Shown here in pieces: positions 12,382 through 24,091 of a stretch of DNA of 64,000 bases. The notes beneath the pieces are model-generated. The model saw nothing but the letters and a program-made list of their open reading frames with translations, made no database searches and was not told the origin of the DNA. The translations under genes were made by a program, and so were the position numbers. The stretch lies in assembly GCA_016618085.1 (NCBI GenBank), contig JABLTG010000015.1, positions 62,001 to 126,000 on the forward strand, given 5' to 3'. Numbering within the stretch: position 1 is the first letter of the stretch; each line of letters begins with the position of its first letter. Source of the DNA: Neovahlkampfia damariscottae. Taxonomy: Eukaryota.

Positions 12382-13869
12382 ATGAATTACTTCACCAAAG
12401 GTGTGAAGAAAAGTTCAAAAAATTGGACAAAAAAAGATTTTGAAAAAAGTAAAATAGCCATACCAAATATCTCATCAAAATCATTTTCACTTCCACAACC
12501 ACGTGATGAATTATCCATGTTAAAAGGAAAAGCAATTTTATACCTTCAACAAAATAAGTTCGTGGATGCAAAACATATTTTTCCAAGAATAGCTGATAAA
12601 ACACCAAAAGAACATCACAGTTTTTTAAAAATTTTCAATTTCTACCAAAAACTCCAATCAGAAGTAATGCAAAATAATAATGAAACAGATATCTTACCAG
12701 AACTTTTAGACCATTTTGAAACTGATGATGATTTTCATACAATACCATTATTATTTCATTTATCTGAAGATTTTAAACAAAAAGGTGATTTCGGAAAATC
12801 CATCACTTTGTTAGGTTATTCATTAGATATTGCAACCAAAAAAATTTTTAATGATCCTTTAAATGCCGAAATTAAAGATTTAATTTTTTTTATTTATGAA
12901 CAAATAGGTCATAATTATTTAAGTTTATATGATTTTGAAGAAGCAGAAAAAATATTTGAAAAAGCAATAAGTTTAAAAGAAGACGAAAATGGAGATGTTG
13001 ATACAACCATTTTCTTAGCTCATATTTCAGCATGTCAATTTCATTTAGATAAATTTGATGAGTGTAAAGCTACTGTTGAAAGGAATTTGAACATTATCAA
13101 AAAAGAATTGAAAAAATTAGCTCCAGAAGAAGATGAAAAAATATTGGTGGATAATATTTACAAGTCTATCAAATCACTCATGTACATTGAAGAAACAAAA
13201 CAAGATTTTGAAAGCTCTTCAAAATTACATCAATTTGTAATTGATTATGGCAAAGAAACAAAATTGAAAGAAGTAGAAATTTTTTATATATTGTCATTTG
13301 CTCAGTTATGTGCTGCATTTGACAAAATTGAAGAAGCTGAAAAAACCCTCAGCACAATTACACAAGATGAACTCAAGGATTTACCTTCAGATATCAGAAA
13401 TGATAGAAGAGCTCTACATTATGAATTATGGAATGCCATCTACAGAAAAAAAAATGATAAAAAAAAATTGACTGAAAGTCTAACAGAATACCATGAATTT
13501 TTGAGAGATACTTATTTGTATAAAACAGAGACATTTGATATTTCAGGATTCGAAGAAGATTTGATGAAATTATACAAAGAACAAGATGATGTTGATTCAA
13601 TGAATGATTTATTTTATTTTGCTGTTGGTGATAAAATTAAAATCAATAGAATTTTATCGGAATATTATATCACAAAAGAACAATATAAAGAAGCAATTCC
13701 AGTATTAAAAGTCTTGATTAAAGCTTTTGAAACCAATGACAAAATGATTGGATCAATTTACAAAAAAGCAATTAAAGATCTTTTGGTATGTTTTGAAAAA
13801 ACCGGAAATACCGATGAAAAACAATTATATGAAGATAAATTAAATAATTTTGGATGTAATATCCTCTAA
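12382..13869 (+). CDS. TPR-repeat protein
   Basis: Intronless ORF from the first true ATG (12382) with TPR-like helices such as IGHNYLSLYDFEEAEKIFEKAI. Confidence 0.75.
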   Translation: MNYFTKGVKKSSKNWTKKDFEKSKIAIPNISSKSFSLPQPRDELSMLKGKAILYLQQNKFVDAKHIFPRIADKTPKEHHSFLKIFNFYQKLQSEVMQNNNETDILPELLDHFETDDDFHTIPLLFHLSEDFKQKGDFGKSITLLGYSLDIATKKIFNDPLNAEIKDLIFFIYEQIGHNYLSLYDFEEAEKIFEKAISLKEDENGDVDTTIFLAHISACQFHLDKFDECKATVERNLNIIKKELKKLAPEEDEKILVDNIYKSIKSLMYIEETKQDFESSSKLHQFVIDYGKETKLKEVEIFYILSFAQLCAAFDKIEEAEKTLSTITQDELKDLPSDIRNDRRALHYELWNAIYRKKNDKKKLTESLTEYHEFLRDTYLYKTETFDISGFEEDLMKLYKEQDDVDSMNDLFYFAVGDKIKINRILSEYYITKEQYKEAIPVLKVLIKAFETNDKMIGSIYKKAIKDLLVCFEKTGNTDEKQLYEDKLNNFGCNIL

Positions 13870-13927
13870 TAAAGAAATTTTGTGTTAAAAAAAAATGACC
13901 AATTAGAATTTTTGTTACTTCAAACCA

Positions 13928-15876
13928 ATGATCAAAGCAGGTGAGAAAAAATGAAAAATTAAAAAAATTTAGTACCTTTAGGAGCTGGACAAGATGTTGG
14001 TCGCTCATGTATCATTGTTAGTATTGGTTCTGTAAAAAAAGAAAAAAAAATTAAAATTTTCAGAAAAATATAATGTTCGATTGTGGAATGCACATGGGAT
14101 ATCAAGACAGTAGAAGATTTCCTGATTTTAATTACATATCAAGAACCGATAATTTTAATGAAGCAATTGACTGTGTCATTATATCTCACTTGTAAAAAAA
14201 AAAAAAAAAATTCAATTAAAAAAATCAGTCATTTAGACCATTGTGGTGCTTTACCTTTTTTCAGTGAAACATGTGGTTATGATGGTCCTATTTTAATGAC
14301 ATATCCAACAAAAGCTATTGCTCCAATTTTACTTGAAGATTTTCGAAAAGTTGTTGTTGACTTTCAAGGAAAAGATGAAAAAGAACTTTTTTCAAGTCAA
14401 GATATTAAAAACTGTATGAAAAAAGTAACAGCTTTGAATTTACATCAAACCATTATTATTGATGGAGAACTTGAAATCAGGCCTTATTATGCTGGACATG
14501 TTTTAGGAGCAGCTCTTTTCTATGTGAAAGATTTAGTCACTGGATTATCTGTTGTTTATACAGGAGATTATAATATGACACCTGATCGACATTTAGGAAG
14601 AGCTTCTATTGATAGATTACGACCTGAATTATTCATCACTGAAACAACTTATGCAACCACAGTAAGAGATTCAAAAAATTCAAGAGAACGTGAATTTTTA
14701 CAAACTATTCATAAAACTATTGAAAATGGTGGAAAAGTATTGATTCCAGTTTTTGCGCTTGGAAGAGCACAAGAATTATGTATTCTCTTGGAGACCTATT
14801 GGGAAAGAATGAACATTAAAACACCAATTTATTTTTCAGCAGGTTTAGTTGAAAAAGCCAACTATTATTATAAGTTATTTATCAATTGGACAAATGAAAA
14901 AATCAAAAAAACGTTTGTGGAAAGAAATATGTTTGATTTTAAACATATTCAACCATTTGATCGATCAATGGTCGATCTTCCGGGTCCATGTGTACTTTTT
15001 GCGACACCTGGTATGTTGCATGCAGGTATGTCAATGGAAGTCTTCAAGAAATGGGGCACAAGTGAAAAAAATACAGTTGTAAGAATTCATTTGGAATAAT
15101 TTAAAAATTTTAGATTTTACCTGGATACTGTGTTGTTGGTACGTTTGGTAATACTTTACTTCGAAAAAAAAAAGGGAAAATGCAAATTGATAAACACACA
15201 ACCATTGATGTAAAATGTCATGTGACAAAAATTTCATTCAGTGCTCATGCAGATGCTAAAGGAATTTTAGATTTAATAAATCAATGTCAACCAAAGAATA
15301 TAATGATGGTTCATGGAGAAAAGGGTAAAATGCAAATTTTAAAACATGTTATTGAGAAAGATTTGAATATTCAATGTTATGATCCTCCAAATGGTCACAC
15401 CATCACAATTCATGAAGATCCTGATATAAATATTAAACTATCAGCAAAATTATTGAAAAGAACATTGACAACAAGTAACCGATGATTAACGACTCATTTT
15501 TGTGTTAGATGAAATGAACAAAAAAAAGAAAATTGAAGGAATTTTAGTGACAAAGGAAAATGAAATGCCTTATTTAATTGATGCATTTGAAGGATCTAAA
15601 GAATTGGGTTTACAAAAACATTCACTTGAATTCAAATTTGAACGTGAAATTCCATTGAATGTTAAGTTTGATTCTGTTGAATTGATTAGATCAGAAATTT
15701 TGAAAACTTACAAACTAAAAGAAAATGATGGAATTTTTGAAATAAAATCTGTCAAATTGAGTCATGAAAATAGTAAAATTGTGCTTCATTGGAATTTTGA
15801 AGATGATGAAATTGGAGATGCAATTTCAATGATCATTGAAGAATCGATTAACAAAATTTTGTTGAATAATAAATAA
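13928..15876 (+). CDS. INTS11: Integrator complex subunit 11 (CPSF3-like metallo-beta-lactamase/beta-CASP nuclease)
   Basis: Spliced [52 protein letters not shown] and FSAHAD. Confidence 0.95.
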
Positions 15877-15899
15877 ATTTTGAACTCTTATTAATGATT

Positions 15900-17410
15900 T
15901 TATTTTCTTGCAATGCTCAACATTTCATCAATGTCTGTGATTTTATTTCTGCTCTTTCCACATTTTTTTCCTTCTCCCACTTCAAAATCATCAATTTTTT
16001 TGAATTGATCAAAAGTCACATATTCAACATTTTTAGTGGTTAAATATGTTTCAAAAGCTCTTCCTCCTAAAGTTTCTTCTGATTCGCTCAATTTAATTGA
16101 ATCTTGAATCATACATTCAGAAGTTTCTTTTGCATCTGTTACATTTGTCGCAATGACACCTACAGGTCCTCTCTTTAACCATCCTGAAACATATATATTA
16201 GATCCTACTCTTCCTTGTTCATTTGGTATGATTCCTTTTTCATTGTCAAATGGAACTTCATCCATTGGTTGGTTTTTATATCCAACAGATCTAAATGCCA
16301 TTTGGCATGGAATTGTAACATATTCTCCAGTTCCTACAGTTTTTAGATCTTCAGTCAATTTAGTTTTTTCGAATTTGATTCCTTCTAATGGAGATCCAAT
16401 TACTTCAACTGGATTCAAAAAAAATCGAAAATCTAAACTTTTTGGAGAGTCAGGTTTTTCTTCAAGTGATGTCAATAAATCAAAAAATCTTTTTCTGGTT
16501 CTTCCTTGTGTGACTAAATCTTTTTTTGAAATTTCATCCAGTTCTAAATGATCTGCGTGAACATTTAAATTGTTCATTTTTGTCAGTTCTCTTAATTCTT
16601 TTGTCTATTTTATGATATTAAATGGGTTTTATGTTTACTGTGCATGCTGCTTGAATAGGACCTCTTCTTCCAACAATGGATACTTTTTCAATTGGAGATG
16701 TGGTCAATAAATCAAGAGCTTCATTTATAACATCATATTGTTTTAAATCTGATTGTTGTTTACAAAGTATTCTTCCAACATCCAAAGCAACATTTCCTTG
16801 ACCAATAATTACAACTTCTTTTGTTTTTTGTAATAACTCTGTAAATTGCTCAGTTTTTTTTTTAAACCAAGAATTTTCCAAATTCTTTCGATCTGGTAAT
16901 CCATTGTACCAATTTACAAATTCTCTTGCGCTGATGATTTGATCCTCACCTAAAAAATTAAGATTTTCAAATCATGAAATTACCAGGTATATTTAGAGTT
17001 CTTTCTGAACCAGATCCATAGCATAAGCAAACCATATCAAAGTAATTCTTCAATAAATTCATTTTGATATCATCTCCAATTTTTACATTTCCTAAAAATG
17101 TGAAATTTTCATGTTGAGCTATTTGGTCAAATTCATTTGTGACATTTTTAACTTCAGGATGATCAGGAGCAACACCATCTAATTTTAAGTTTTTTAAATT
17201 GTTTTACATCGAACTAATCCATACGGAGTTGGTAATTTTTCAATCATTGTCACATGAACATTACTGCCTGATTTTAACAAATATTTGCTATCAGAATTAA
17301 AATTTAGGTGAATATAAATACCTTGTGTAGAACCCACTTGGACCGCTTCCAACAACACAAACATTTAATTTTCGTTGAGTTGAGTAACTCCGATTCAAAA
17401 TTTTTTTCAT
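15900..17410 (-). CDS. FDXR: NADPH:adrenodoxin (ferredoxin) oxidoreductase, mitochondrial
   Basis: VVGSGPSGFY, PYGLVR/GVAPDHPEVK, IIGQGNVALD, VGRRGP and GWLKRGPVG. Multi-exon with an N-terminal presequence. Confidence 0.92.
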
Positions 17411-17539
17411 TATCCAATGAAAACCGGATAATTTTCTAAATACTTATGAGTGTCCAGACTATTTTCTTAGAAAAATTTCTTCCATTCTGAAAATTGTGGT
17501 TTTTCAAATTGAATCAAAAAATTTTTTTTATCCAATCAA

Positions 17540-18308
17540 ATGGGAAATTCTCCTAACGTAAAACCGACTGAACAGAAGCATCAAACATACGTCGATTACG
17601 AACCAGGAGTTTATCAAGAAAATAGAAAAACTATACCTATAATGTTCAAGTGGCCATATAACGGAAGAAAAGGTTTTTGAAAAAAAAAAAAAAAATTAAA
17701 ATTAAAGTTTCGTTAATTGGTTCCTTCAATAACTGGAAAGAACAAATACCAATGAATTTAATTCCTGATGAAAAAGAACCAATGTTTGTTGTTATTTTAA
17801 ATATTCCTGCTGGAGAACATACCTATAAAGTAAGAAGCTCTTAATTTTAAAAAAACAGTTTATTGTTGACGACCTCTATAAAATTGACCAAAATCAACCA
17901 AAAAAACTGGACCAATCAGGAAATATTCATAACGTTATTGTTGTCACAGAAAACGGACAACAAAAAGAAAAAGAAAAAGAAATTAAAGACGATTCTAAAA
18001 TGCAAGAAGATGATATTTTAGAATTTAAAGAAGAGGATCAACAAGATGACGGTTTTGGTCAAGAAGAACATGTTTTTGTTGAAACAAAAAAAAATCCGCC
18101 AACAATACCTCCACATTTAAGATATACTCCTTTGAATAGTACAGCACCAACTCATGATCATGATCCTACTATAGTTCCAATTCCTTTGATGGTTACTCTG
18201 AATCATACTTATTTTACTTCCAGTCAAGATTTAGAAGCAATTGGTATAACTTCACGTTTTAGAGAAAAATATTCAACAGTTGTACTGTATAAACCAAACA
18301 TTAAATAA
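17540..18308 (+). CDS. AMP-activated protein kinase beta subunit
   Basis: MGN myristoylation start, CBM48 (GSFNNW, GEHTYKFIVD) and AMPKBI tail (PPTIPPHL, VTLNH, RFREKYSTVVLYKP). Confidence 0.92.
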
Positions 18309-18585
18309 TCACAATTAAAAAATTTTTTGAAAAAAAATGAAAAACTTCTTCCAACAAATTTTCTTTAGTCAAATGTAGGCTTCCACACGTTTTTTTTGAC
18401 ATTTCAATCCTCTAGCGTTTTTTCAATGGAAATGACTAACCAATCTAAAATATCAAATATCCAACGACTCAAAAAAAACCGTTGGATTTAGATTTAGTTC
18501 AATCTGATTGGTGAGGAATTAAAAATAAAAGAAGTTTGATTGGACAATTTCACGAATTAGATTCAAACAAAAAAGAAACGTCAAA

Positions 18586-19150
18586 ATGGTACAATGGTTT
18601 GGTGCACCTGCTCTTGAAGGAAGTCTTGGAACAGTATTAAACTATTAAACTAAAAACTTTTAAGGTCGTTTTTGTCCTTTCAATATTTTTACCTGGTTTA
18701 GCTCAAATTATCGCTGGAGTTGTCGCAAAACCTAATGATACAGATTCAATCATTGTTGGAATTGTCATGATTATTGCTAACATTCTTTTATGGTTACTTT
18801 TACCAATTGTAGGGGCAATTGTATTCACTGTACTCACAGTTGTTTCATTTGGTATTCTTTCATTCATTTGGGTTGCATATCCATTATGTTACTTAGGATT
18901 TCTTCTTATTTATCCATGGAGTATTTACTGGGGTTACAATTGTTACAAAAATTCAGAAGGTGGTGCTACTCCACAACCAACAACAAACACAACACAACAA
19001 CCTCAACAACCGATGGAACAACAACCACAACAACAACAACCAATGGAACAACAACCACAACAACAACAACCGATGGAACAAGCTCCAATGCAACAAGCTC
19101 CAATGGAACAACAACCAATGGAACAAGCTCCAGTAATGGAACAACAATAA
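18586..19150 (+). CDS. Small membrane protein (SPEC3/Stum-like) with a Gln/Pro-rich repeat tail
   Basis: ATG 18586, one intron, IFLPGLAQIIAG and WSIYWG, hydrophobic helices. Confidence 0.65.
18990..19147 (+). repeat. Coding tandem repeat (PMEQQPQQQQ x2, then PMEQA/PMQQA-type units)
   Basis: Repeated ccRatggaacaa units of 30 and 15 nt. Confidence 0.9.
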
Positions 19151-19302
19151 ATATTGCTAAATATATAAATATATAAAAATTTTTTTCATTTTAAATTGTT
19201 AACAAGCTTTTTCAAAAAGGTCAGATCAATTTCGGATGAACCCAAAGTATTTTTACTTAATCTCGGAGTTGTTTCACCAATCAAAAAAAATCCGAAAAAA
19301 AA

Positions 19303-19811
19303 ATGACAGTTCAAGAAGGAGACAAAGTACCAGAATTCACATTCTTGTCATTAGTAGAAGGAAAACCAACACCTATTTCAACAAAAGACATCTTACCAGG
19401 AAAAAAAGTCGTTATTGTAGCGGTTCCAGGAGCTTTCACTCCAACGTAAGATAAAAAAAAATCTGAAAAAAAAACAGTTGTACAAATGATCACTGTCCAG
19501 GATTTACACGCGGTGCTAAAGATTTATTATCCAAAGGTGTTGATGCTGTTTATTGTACTTCAGTCAATGATCCTTTTGTCATGGATGCTTTCTCAAACTT
19601 TTTAAAAGCAACCGGAAAAATTACAATGCTTTCTGACAATGGTGAATTTGCAAAATCATTAGGTTTATCCATGGATTTACCACAATTAAACTTTGGTATT
19701 AGATCACAAAGATACGCTATGATTGTTGAAGATGGTGTTATCAAATATTTAGGAGTAGATGCTAAAGGACTTGATAAATCATCATTTGAAGCTGTAGCTG
19801 AAAAATTATAA
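19303..19811 (+). CDS. PRDX5: Peroxiredoxin-5-like (type II Prx)
   Basis: VPGAFTPTC after splicing, SVNDPFVM and RSQRYAMIVEDG. Confidence 0.93.
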
Positions 19812-20312
19812 AAATTTATTCACCTTTGTCATTTCTTTTAATTTTTCTGAATCAATTTGCATTGTTCTAATGTAAATGATTAAATACTTTGCAGCGCCTG
19901 CACCATTTGAACCACAGCAACATGGTTTAAAGTTAGAGTCGACATATCTATGATAAAATCCACTTTTAGATTCAGAATCATCTGTGTCTCTTGTGAAGAT
20001 TGCATTTCCAATATGAAAATTTTTTGCATCATCTGCGTGTGGATAAAAGTCTCTAAAAAAAACTCTTATTCCTCTATTCCATCTTGAAAATTGTAAAGGT
20101 GAAGGTGATGAATAATTATAAGTCCCAAAAAATTCGTACTTATCCAACGGATATTTCTTTACTATCTCATCAAACTCGGCAAGTGTACCAATTTTTTGAA
20201 ATCTTTGAAAACCTTCAACGAATTCTTTTGGTTTTTCATTTTTTTCTCCACAATTATGGCAGAATTTTTGATCTTTAGTTGTAAAAGAAGTTTGACATTT
20301 GAGACAAGACAT
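19806..20312 (-). CDS. Zinc-ribbon-containing hypothetical protein
   Basis: N-terminal CLKC...FCHNCG and a later PCCCG motif. Intronless. Confidence 0.7.
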   Translation of the reverse strand: MSCLKCQTSFTTKDQKFCHNCGEKNEKPKEFVEGFQRFQKIGTLAEFDEIVKKYPLDKYEFFGTYNYSSPSPLQFSRWNRGIRVFFRDFYPHADDAKNFHIGNAIFTRDTDDSESKSGFYHRYVDSNFKPCCCGSNGAGAAKYLIIYIRTMQIDSEKLKEMTKVNKFL

Positions 20313-20385
20313 GATCTGTTCTTTTTGCTGGTCTGAAATGATTGGTTGTTCTAAAAATAGTTGTGATAATTTCAAGTTGTCAAAA

Positions 20386-21423
20386 TTATTTTTTCAATAA
20401 TTTCCAAATTGCATCAGATAAATTATCACCTTTAAATTTTTCATTTTCAGTGATTCCTGTCAAACTCTCCCATGAATGATCTCCTTCTTTAATGAAATAA
20501 ATTTTGACATTTTGATTAGTTCTACAATTGTAATTCCTTAATTCTATTTTATTATTTTCACTATTCTCTGAAATAAAACTTGTAAAACAACCATTTGTTA
20601 TTTTATAAGCGTCTATAGCTCTCTGCAAAGGAAGAAAGACTCTTTTTAAATTCCAAGGAGCTTCTTCAGTTCCTCCTTCCATTTTAATAATTTTATCATT
20701 TCCACCATGAACATGAACAAGTTTTACTGGATAACTTGGACTTCGATATAATACCATTGGATAGTCTTTATCAATTTGACCTCCAATTGAACTTGAAACT
20801 GGTGCTATTCCATAAAATAGATTTGGATGTTCTCCTGCCGTTTTATAACAGATATTTCCGCCTCCAGAATGTCCTGTACAATATACTTCACCTTTTTTTA
20901 TATTATAACGAAGAGTTACAATTTCTATCAGTTTTTTAATGAAAAAAGAGTCGTTAATCTTGTCTATAAAAGCTTCTGAAATGATTAATTCAGTGTTCCA
21001 AAAAACGAAATCAAGAGATTTGTCTCTAGAGTAAGCAATTGGGTATAATGCGATAAATTGATTTTTATCAGCTGTTTCATCCCATCTATTATATCGTTTA
21101 AATCGTCTTGGATTTGTAAAAAATGGATGAAGTACCACGACCAATGGATACGATAATGTTCTATTGTAATTTTTTGGAAAGTGTATAATATAATTTCTGA
21201 TACGGTTATCTATTCTAATCTCTTGTACAATGTCAGTGTCTGGTGGGTGTTTGTAAAATATAGCAACAGCTGTGAAGATTATGACGAAAAGAAAAATTAA
21301 AAATAAAATATAAAAGAAAGTGGCCAAATTCAATCTGCATAAATTGTACATTGAAAAGTTTGGTTTAATAGTCTTATTATTTGCCAAATAGTACCGTTCT
21401 TCTTCTTCGTAAGAATTGGTCAT
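20386..21423 (-). CDS. Membrane-anchored LpqC/PHB-depolymerase-like esterase
   Basis: PLVVVLH, TGHSGGG nucleophile elbow, HVHGGND, GDHSW and an N-terminal TM helix. The start is uncertain (21423 or 21513). Confidence 0.82.
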   Translation of the reverse strand: MTNSYEEEERYYLANNKTIKPNFSMYNLCRLNLATFFYILFLIFLFVIIFTAVAIFYKHPPDTDIVQEIRIDNRIRNYIIHFPKNYNRTLSYPLVVVLHPFFTNPRRFKRYNRWDETADKNQFIALYPIAYSRDKSLDFVFWNTELIISEAFIDKINDSFFIKKLIEIVTLRYNIKKGEVYCTGHSGGGNICYKTAGEHPNLFYGIAPVSSSIGGQIDKDYPMVLYRSPSYPVKLVHVHGGNDKIIKMEGGTEEAPWNLKRVFLPLQRAIDAYKITNGCFTSFISENSENNKIELRNYNCRTNQNVKIYFIKEGDHSWESLTGITENEKFKGDNLSDAIWKLLKK

Positions 21424-21579
21424 AACAAATGGAAGGTTAAAAAAAAATGGTCCAATGAAACAAGTACTTGAAGTTCCAATGAAAAATATGAAAAAAAGAA
21501 ACGAATTTTTCATGTGAGCAGAAAAAATATCAAATAAATCAATTTGAACTTTTATCCAATCAAAATATTTTTTCGAAAA

Positions 21580-22995
21580 ATGAACAACAGAATCTTATCC
21601 ATTGGGTTGATGAGCGGAACATCAATGGATGGTATTGATGCTGTATTGTATGAAATAAAAAATGAAAAACACAAAATCCTCAGTCGTTTGAACACTGAAT
21701 ATGACCAATTTTCAAAAACTTTGTTAAAATTTGGAGAATATATTTCCAAATTAAACAAAGGAAAAATTGAAGACATTAAAGGGCAGTCTTGTGAAATTTA
21801 TTTTCCAAACTATTTCGAAAGTAGAATTGGAAAAGTTGAAAAAACAGTTTTCCAAGAAGAATTAGAAAAACATAAGAAATATCTTGAAACCATTAAACAG
21901 CTTGAATTTTCCACTCAAAGTGAATTAAACTTGAATGTGATCATCAAACTGTCAACTTATTTGCATTATTTTGCTGTCAAAACACTTTTGGAAAATTATA
22001 GTGAAAAAAACCTAATTGTGGATGTTATTGGGTATCATGGGCAAACATGGTATCATAATCCCAACTTAAATACATCACTACAAATCGGTGATGGAAACTT
22101 ATTGTCTGAATTGACCTCCATTTCAGTGGTGAATGATTTTCGTTCACAAGATGTTTCAAATGGAGGTCAAGGAGCTCCATTAGCACCATTATATCATGGT
22201 CATCTTATATCAAATTTAAATCTACAACCTGCTTGTATCATAAATATTGGTGGAATTGCCAACATTTCTGCAATATTTGATAAGAACCGTATTATCGGTT
22301 TTGACACAGGTCCTGGGAATAATTTAATAGATCAATTCGTAAAATATAAAACAAATGGATTACAGGAAATGGATGAAGATGGTGAATATGGTTTGAAAGG
22401 AAAAGTTGATGAAAAAGTATTTGGACTGTTGAAAAAGAAGTCTTGTATGATTGAAATCCAAAATTTAATGGAAAATTATTTAAATTTGGAACCACCAAAG
22501 TCCCTTGATATTAGTAATTTATATTTGTTGCCGGAAGTTAAAGAGTTGGATTTGATTGATGGTTGTGCAACTCTGTCTTTGTTTACTGTTTGGTGTATAA
22601 TTGATAGCTTCGAATCTGCAGAAAGAGGAATTCAAAAAAATGAAATTTATGGTACTTGTAAACAAAATAATGATAATTTTTCAAAAATTAAAACTTGGAT
22701 TTTGGCAGGTGGTGGTTGGAAGAACCAATCAATTTTTAGATATTTTGAAGATTCATTATTAACAAAGTTTGGAAGTGATTTAATGATAAAAAATATAGAT
22801 AATATTGAAGGGTTGTCAAGCGATACTTTAGAAGCTGAAATTTTTGCAAAATTTGCTTGGGATGTGCTCAATGAAATACCGACTAGTCTTCCTTCGACCA
22901 CAGGAGTTTCAAAGCCAACATCAGGAGGAAATGTTCATTTTTCCAAAATTCCATCGGAAAACGTTAAAAATACTATCAAATTCAAATCCAAATAA
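21580..22995 (+). CDS. anmK: Anhydro-N-acetylmuramic acid kinase (AnmK/levoglucosan kinase family)
   Basis: IGLMSGTSMDGID, GYHGQT, DFRSQDVSNGGQGAPLAP, NIGGIAN, FDTGPGN and PSTTG. Intronless. Confidence 0.93.
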   Translation: MNNRILSIGLMSGTSMDGIDAVLYEIKNEKHKILSRLNTEYDQFSKTLLKFGEYISKLNKGKIEDIKGQSCEIYFPNYFESRIGKVEKTVFQEELEKHKKYLETIKQLEFSTQSELNLNVIIKLSTYLHYFAVKTLLENYSEKNLIVDVIGYHGQTWYHNPNLNTSLQIGDGNLLSELTSISVVNDFRSQDVSNGGQGAPLAPLYHGHLISNLNLQPACIINIGGIANISAIFDKNRIIGFDTGPGNNLIDQFVKYKTNGLQEMDEDGEYGLKGKVDEKVFGLLKKKSCMIEIQNLMENYLNLEPPKSLDISNLYLLPEVKELDLIDGCATLSLFTVWCIIDSFESAERGIQKNEIYGTCKQNNDNFSKIKTWILAGGGWKNQSIFRYFEDSLLTKFGSDLMIKNIDNIEGLSSDTLEAEIFAKFAWDVLNEIPTSLPSTTGVSKPTSGGNVHFSKIPSENVKNTIKFKSK

Positions 22996-22997
22996 GT

Positions 22998-23967
22998 TTA
23001 TTGTTCATAAATTTTTTCTTGCAATATCAATGATTCAATAGGTTGAATAATCTCCTTTGATTCCAAATCAAACCAATTTATTGATGCAAAAAATGGATGT
23101 TTTTTAACTTCTTCAGATCCGAATCTATATTTTACATCTCTTTCTAATAAGCCTGATATCAAATTTTTAGCTGCATCTGAGATTGTTTTATTTTTCGGGA
23201 ACTCCAATTTTAACACTAAAATATTTCGAATATTTTTCCTTTGGTCATCAGAATCATAAGGTAAATAACCAAACAATAGCTCAAATATGATTATTCCAAA
23301 AGAATAAAAATCAACTGCTTTGGTGTATTCTCTCCCAAGAAAAATTTCAGGAGCCATATAAGCAATTGTACCACTTGAAAAAAATTAGAATTAAATTTGA
23401 TAGACAAACCAGAAACTCTTTGCGTTTCTTTTTTGAATTGCATGTCCAAAATCTATTAATTTCAATCTTCCAGTCTTATCTTCAATCATAATGTTTTCAA
23501 GTTTAATATCGCGATGAATTATGTTCCTTTTATGAATATATTCAATCGATATTAACAATTGAGCTGTATAGAACTTTACTAGTTCTTCAGAAAAAAAATT
23601 TGGAGCAGAAACAAAATAATAATCAAATAACATTCCTCCTTCAATCAATTCCTTTTGAAATATGATTAAAAATATGTTTGATGTTTGGTACAAGAATTAA
23701 GAAAATTTGTTCCTTTTCTATGAAACAATCAATATATTTTACAATGAATGGTGAGTTCAAATTTGATAGAAGTGTAATTTCTTTTTTGATCAATTTGTAT
23801 TCTATTCTGGAAGAAGAAAGTTTTGATATTTTACAAGCGTATTTTTTTTTTGTTTTTCTATTGAAACAAATTACTACTTTTGAAGTTCCGCCAGAACCAA
23901 TTTCAACTCCGAAACTGTAATCTGAAAAACTAGAATTTCTTGTACACTTAGATGAGTTATTGCTCAT
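22998..23967 (-). CDS. AGC/CAMK-like Ser/Thr protein kinase
   Basis: IGSGGTSKV, HRDIKLEN, IDFG and CGTIAYMAPE across two introns. Confidence 0.88.
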
Positions 23968-24091
23968 TTTTATTTTGTTTTTTTTATGTGGCAAGGAAAA
24001 GTCATAAATATAATTCTCTTCCAAATTTAGAAAAACACTTCATCCTTTGAGGTTTTATTGGTAAAAAAATGATTGGCCAAAAACAGAAATT

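Noticed and set aside
18953..19176. Alternative-frame ORFs (Thr-rich on +, LFHW-repeat on -) and a CRISPR-like look of the repeat
   Set aside because: They are shadows of the Gln/Pro coding repeat; there are no unique spacers or cas genes.
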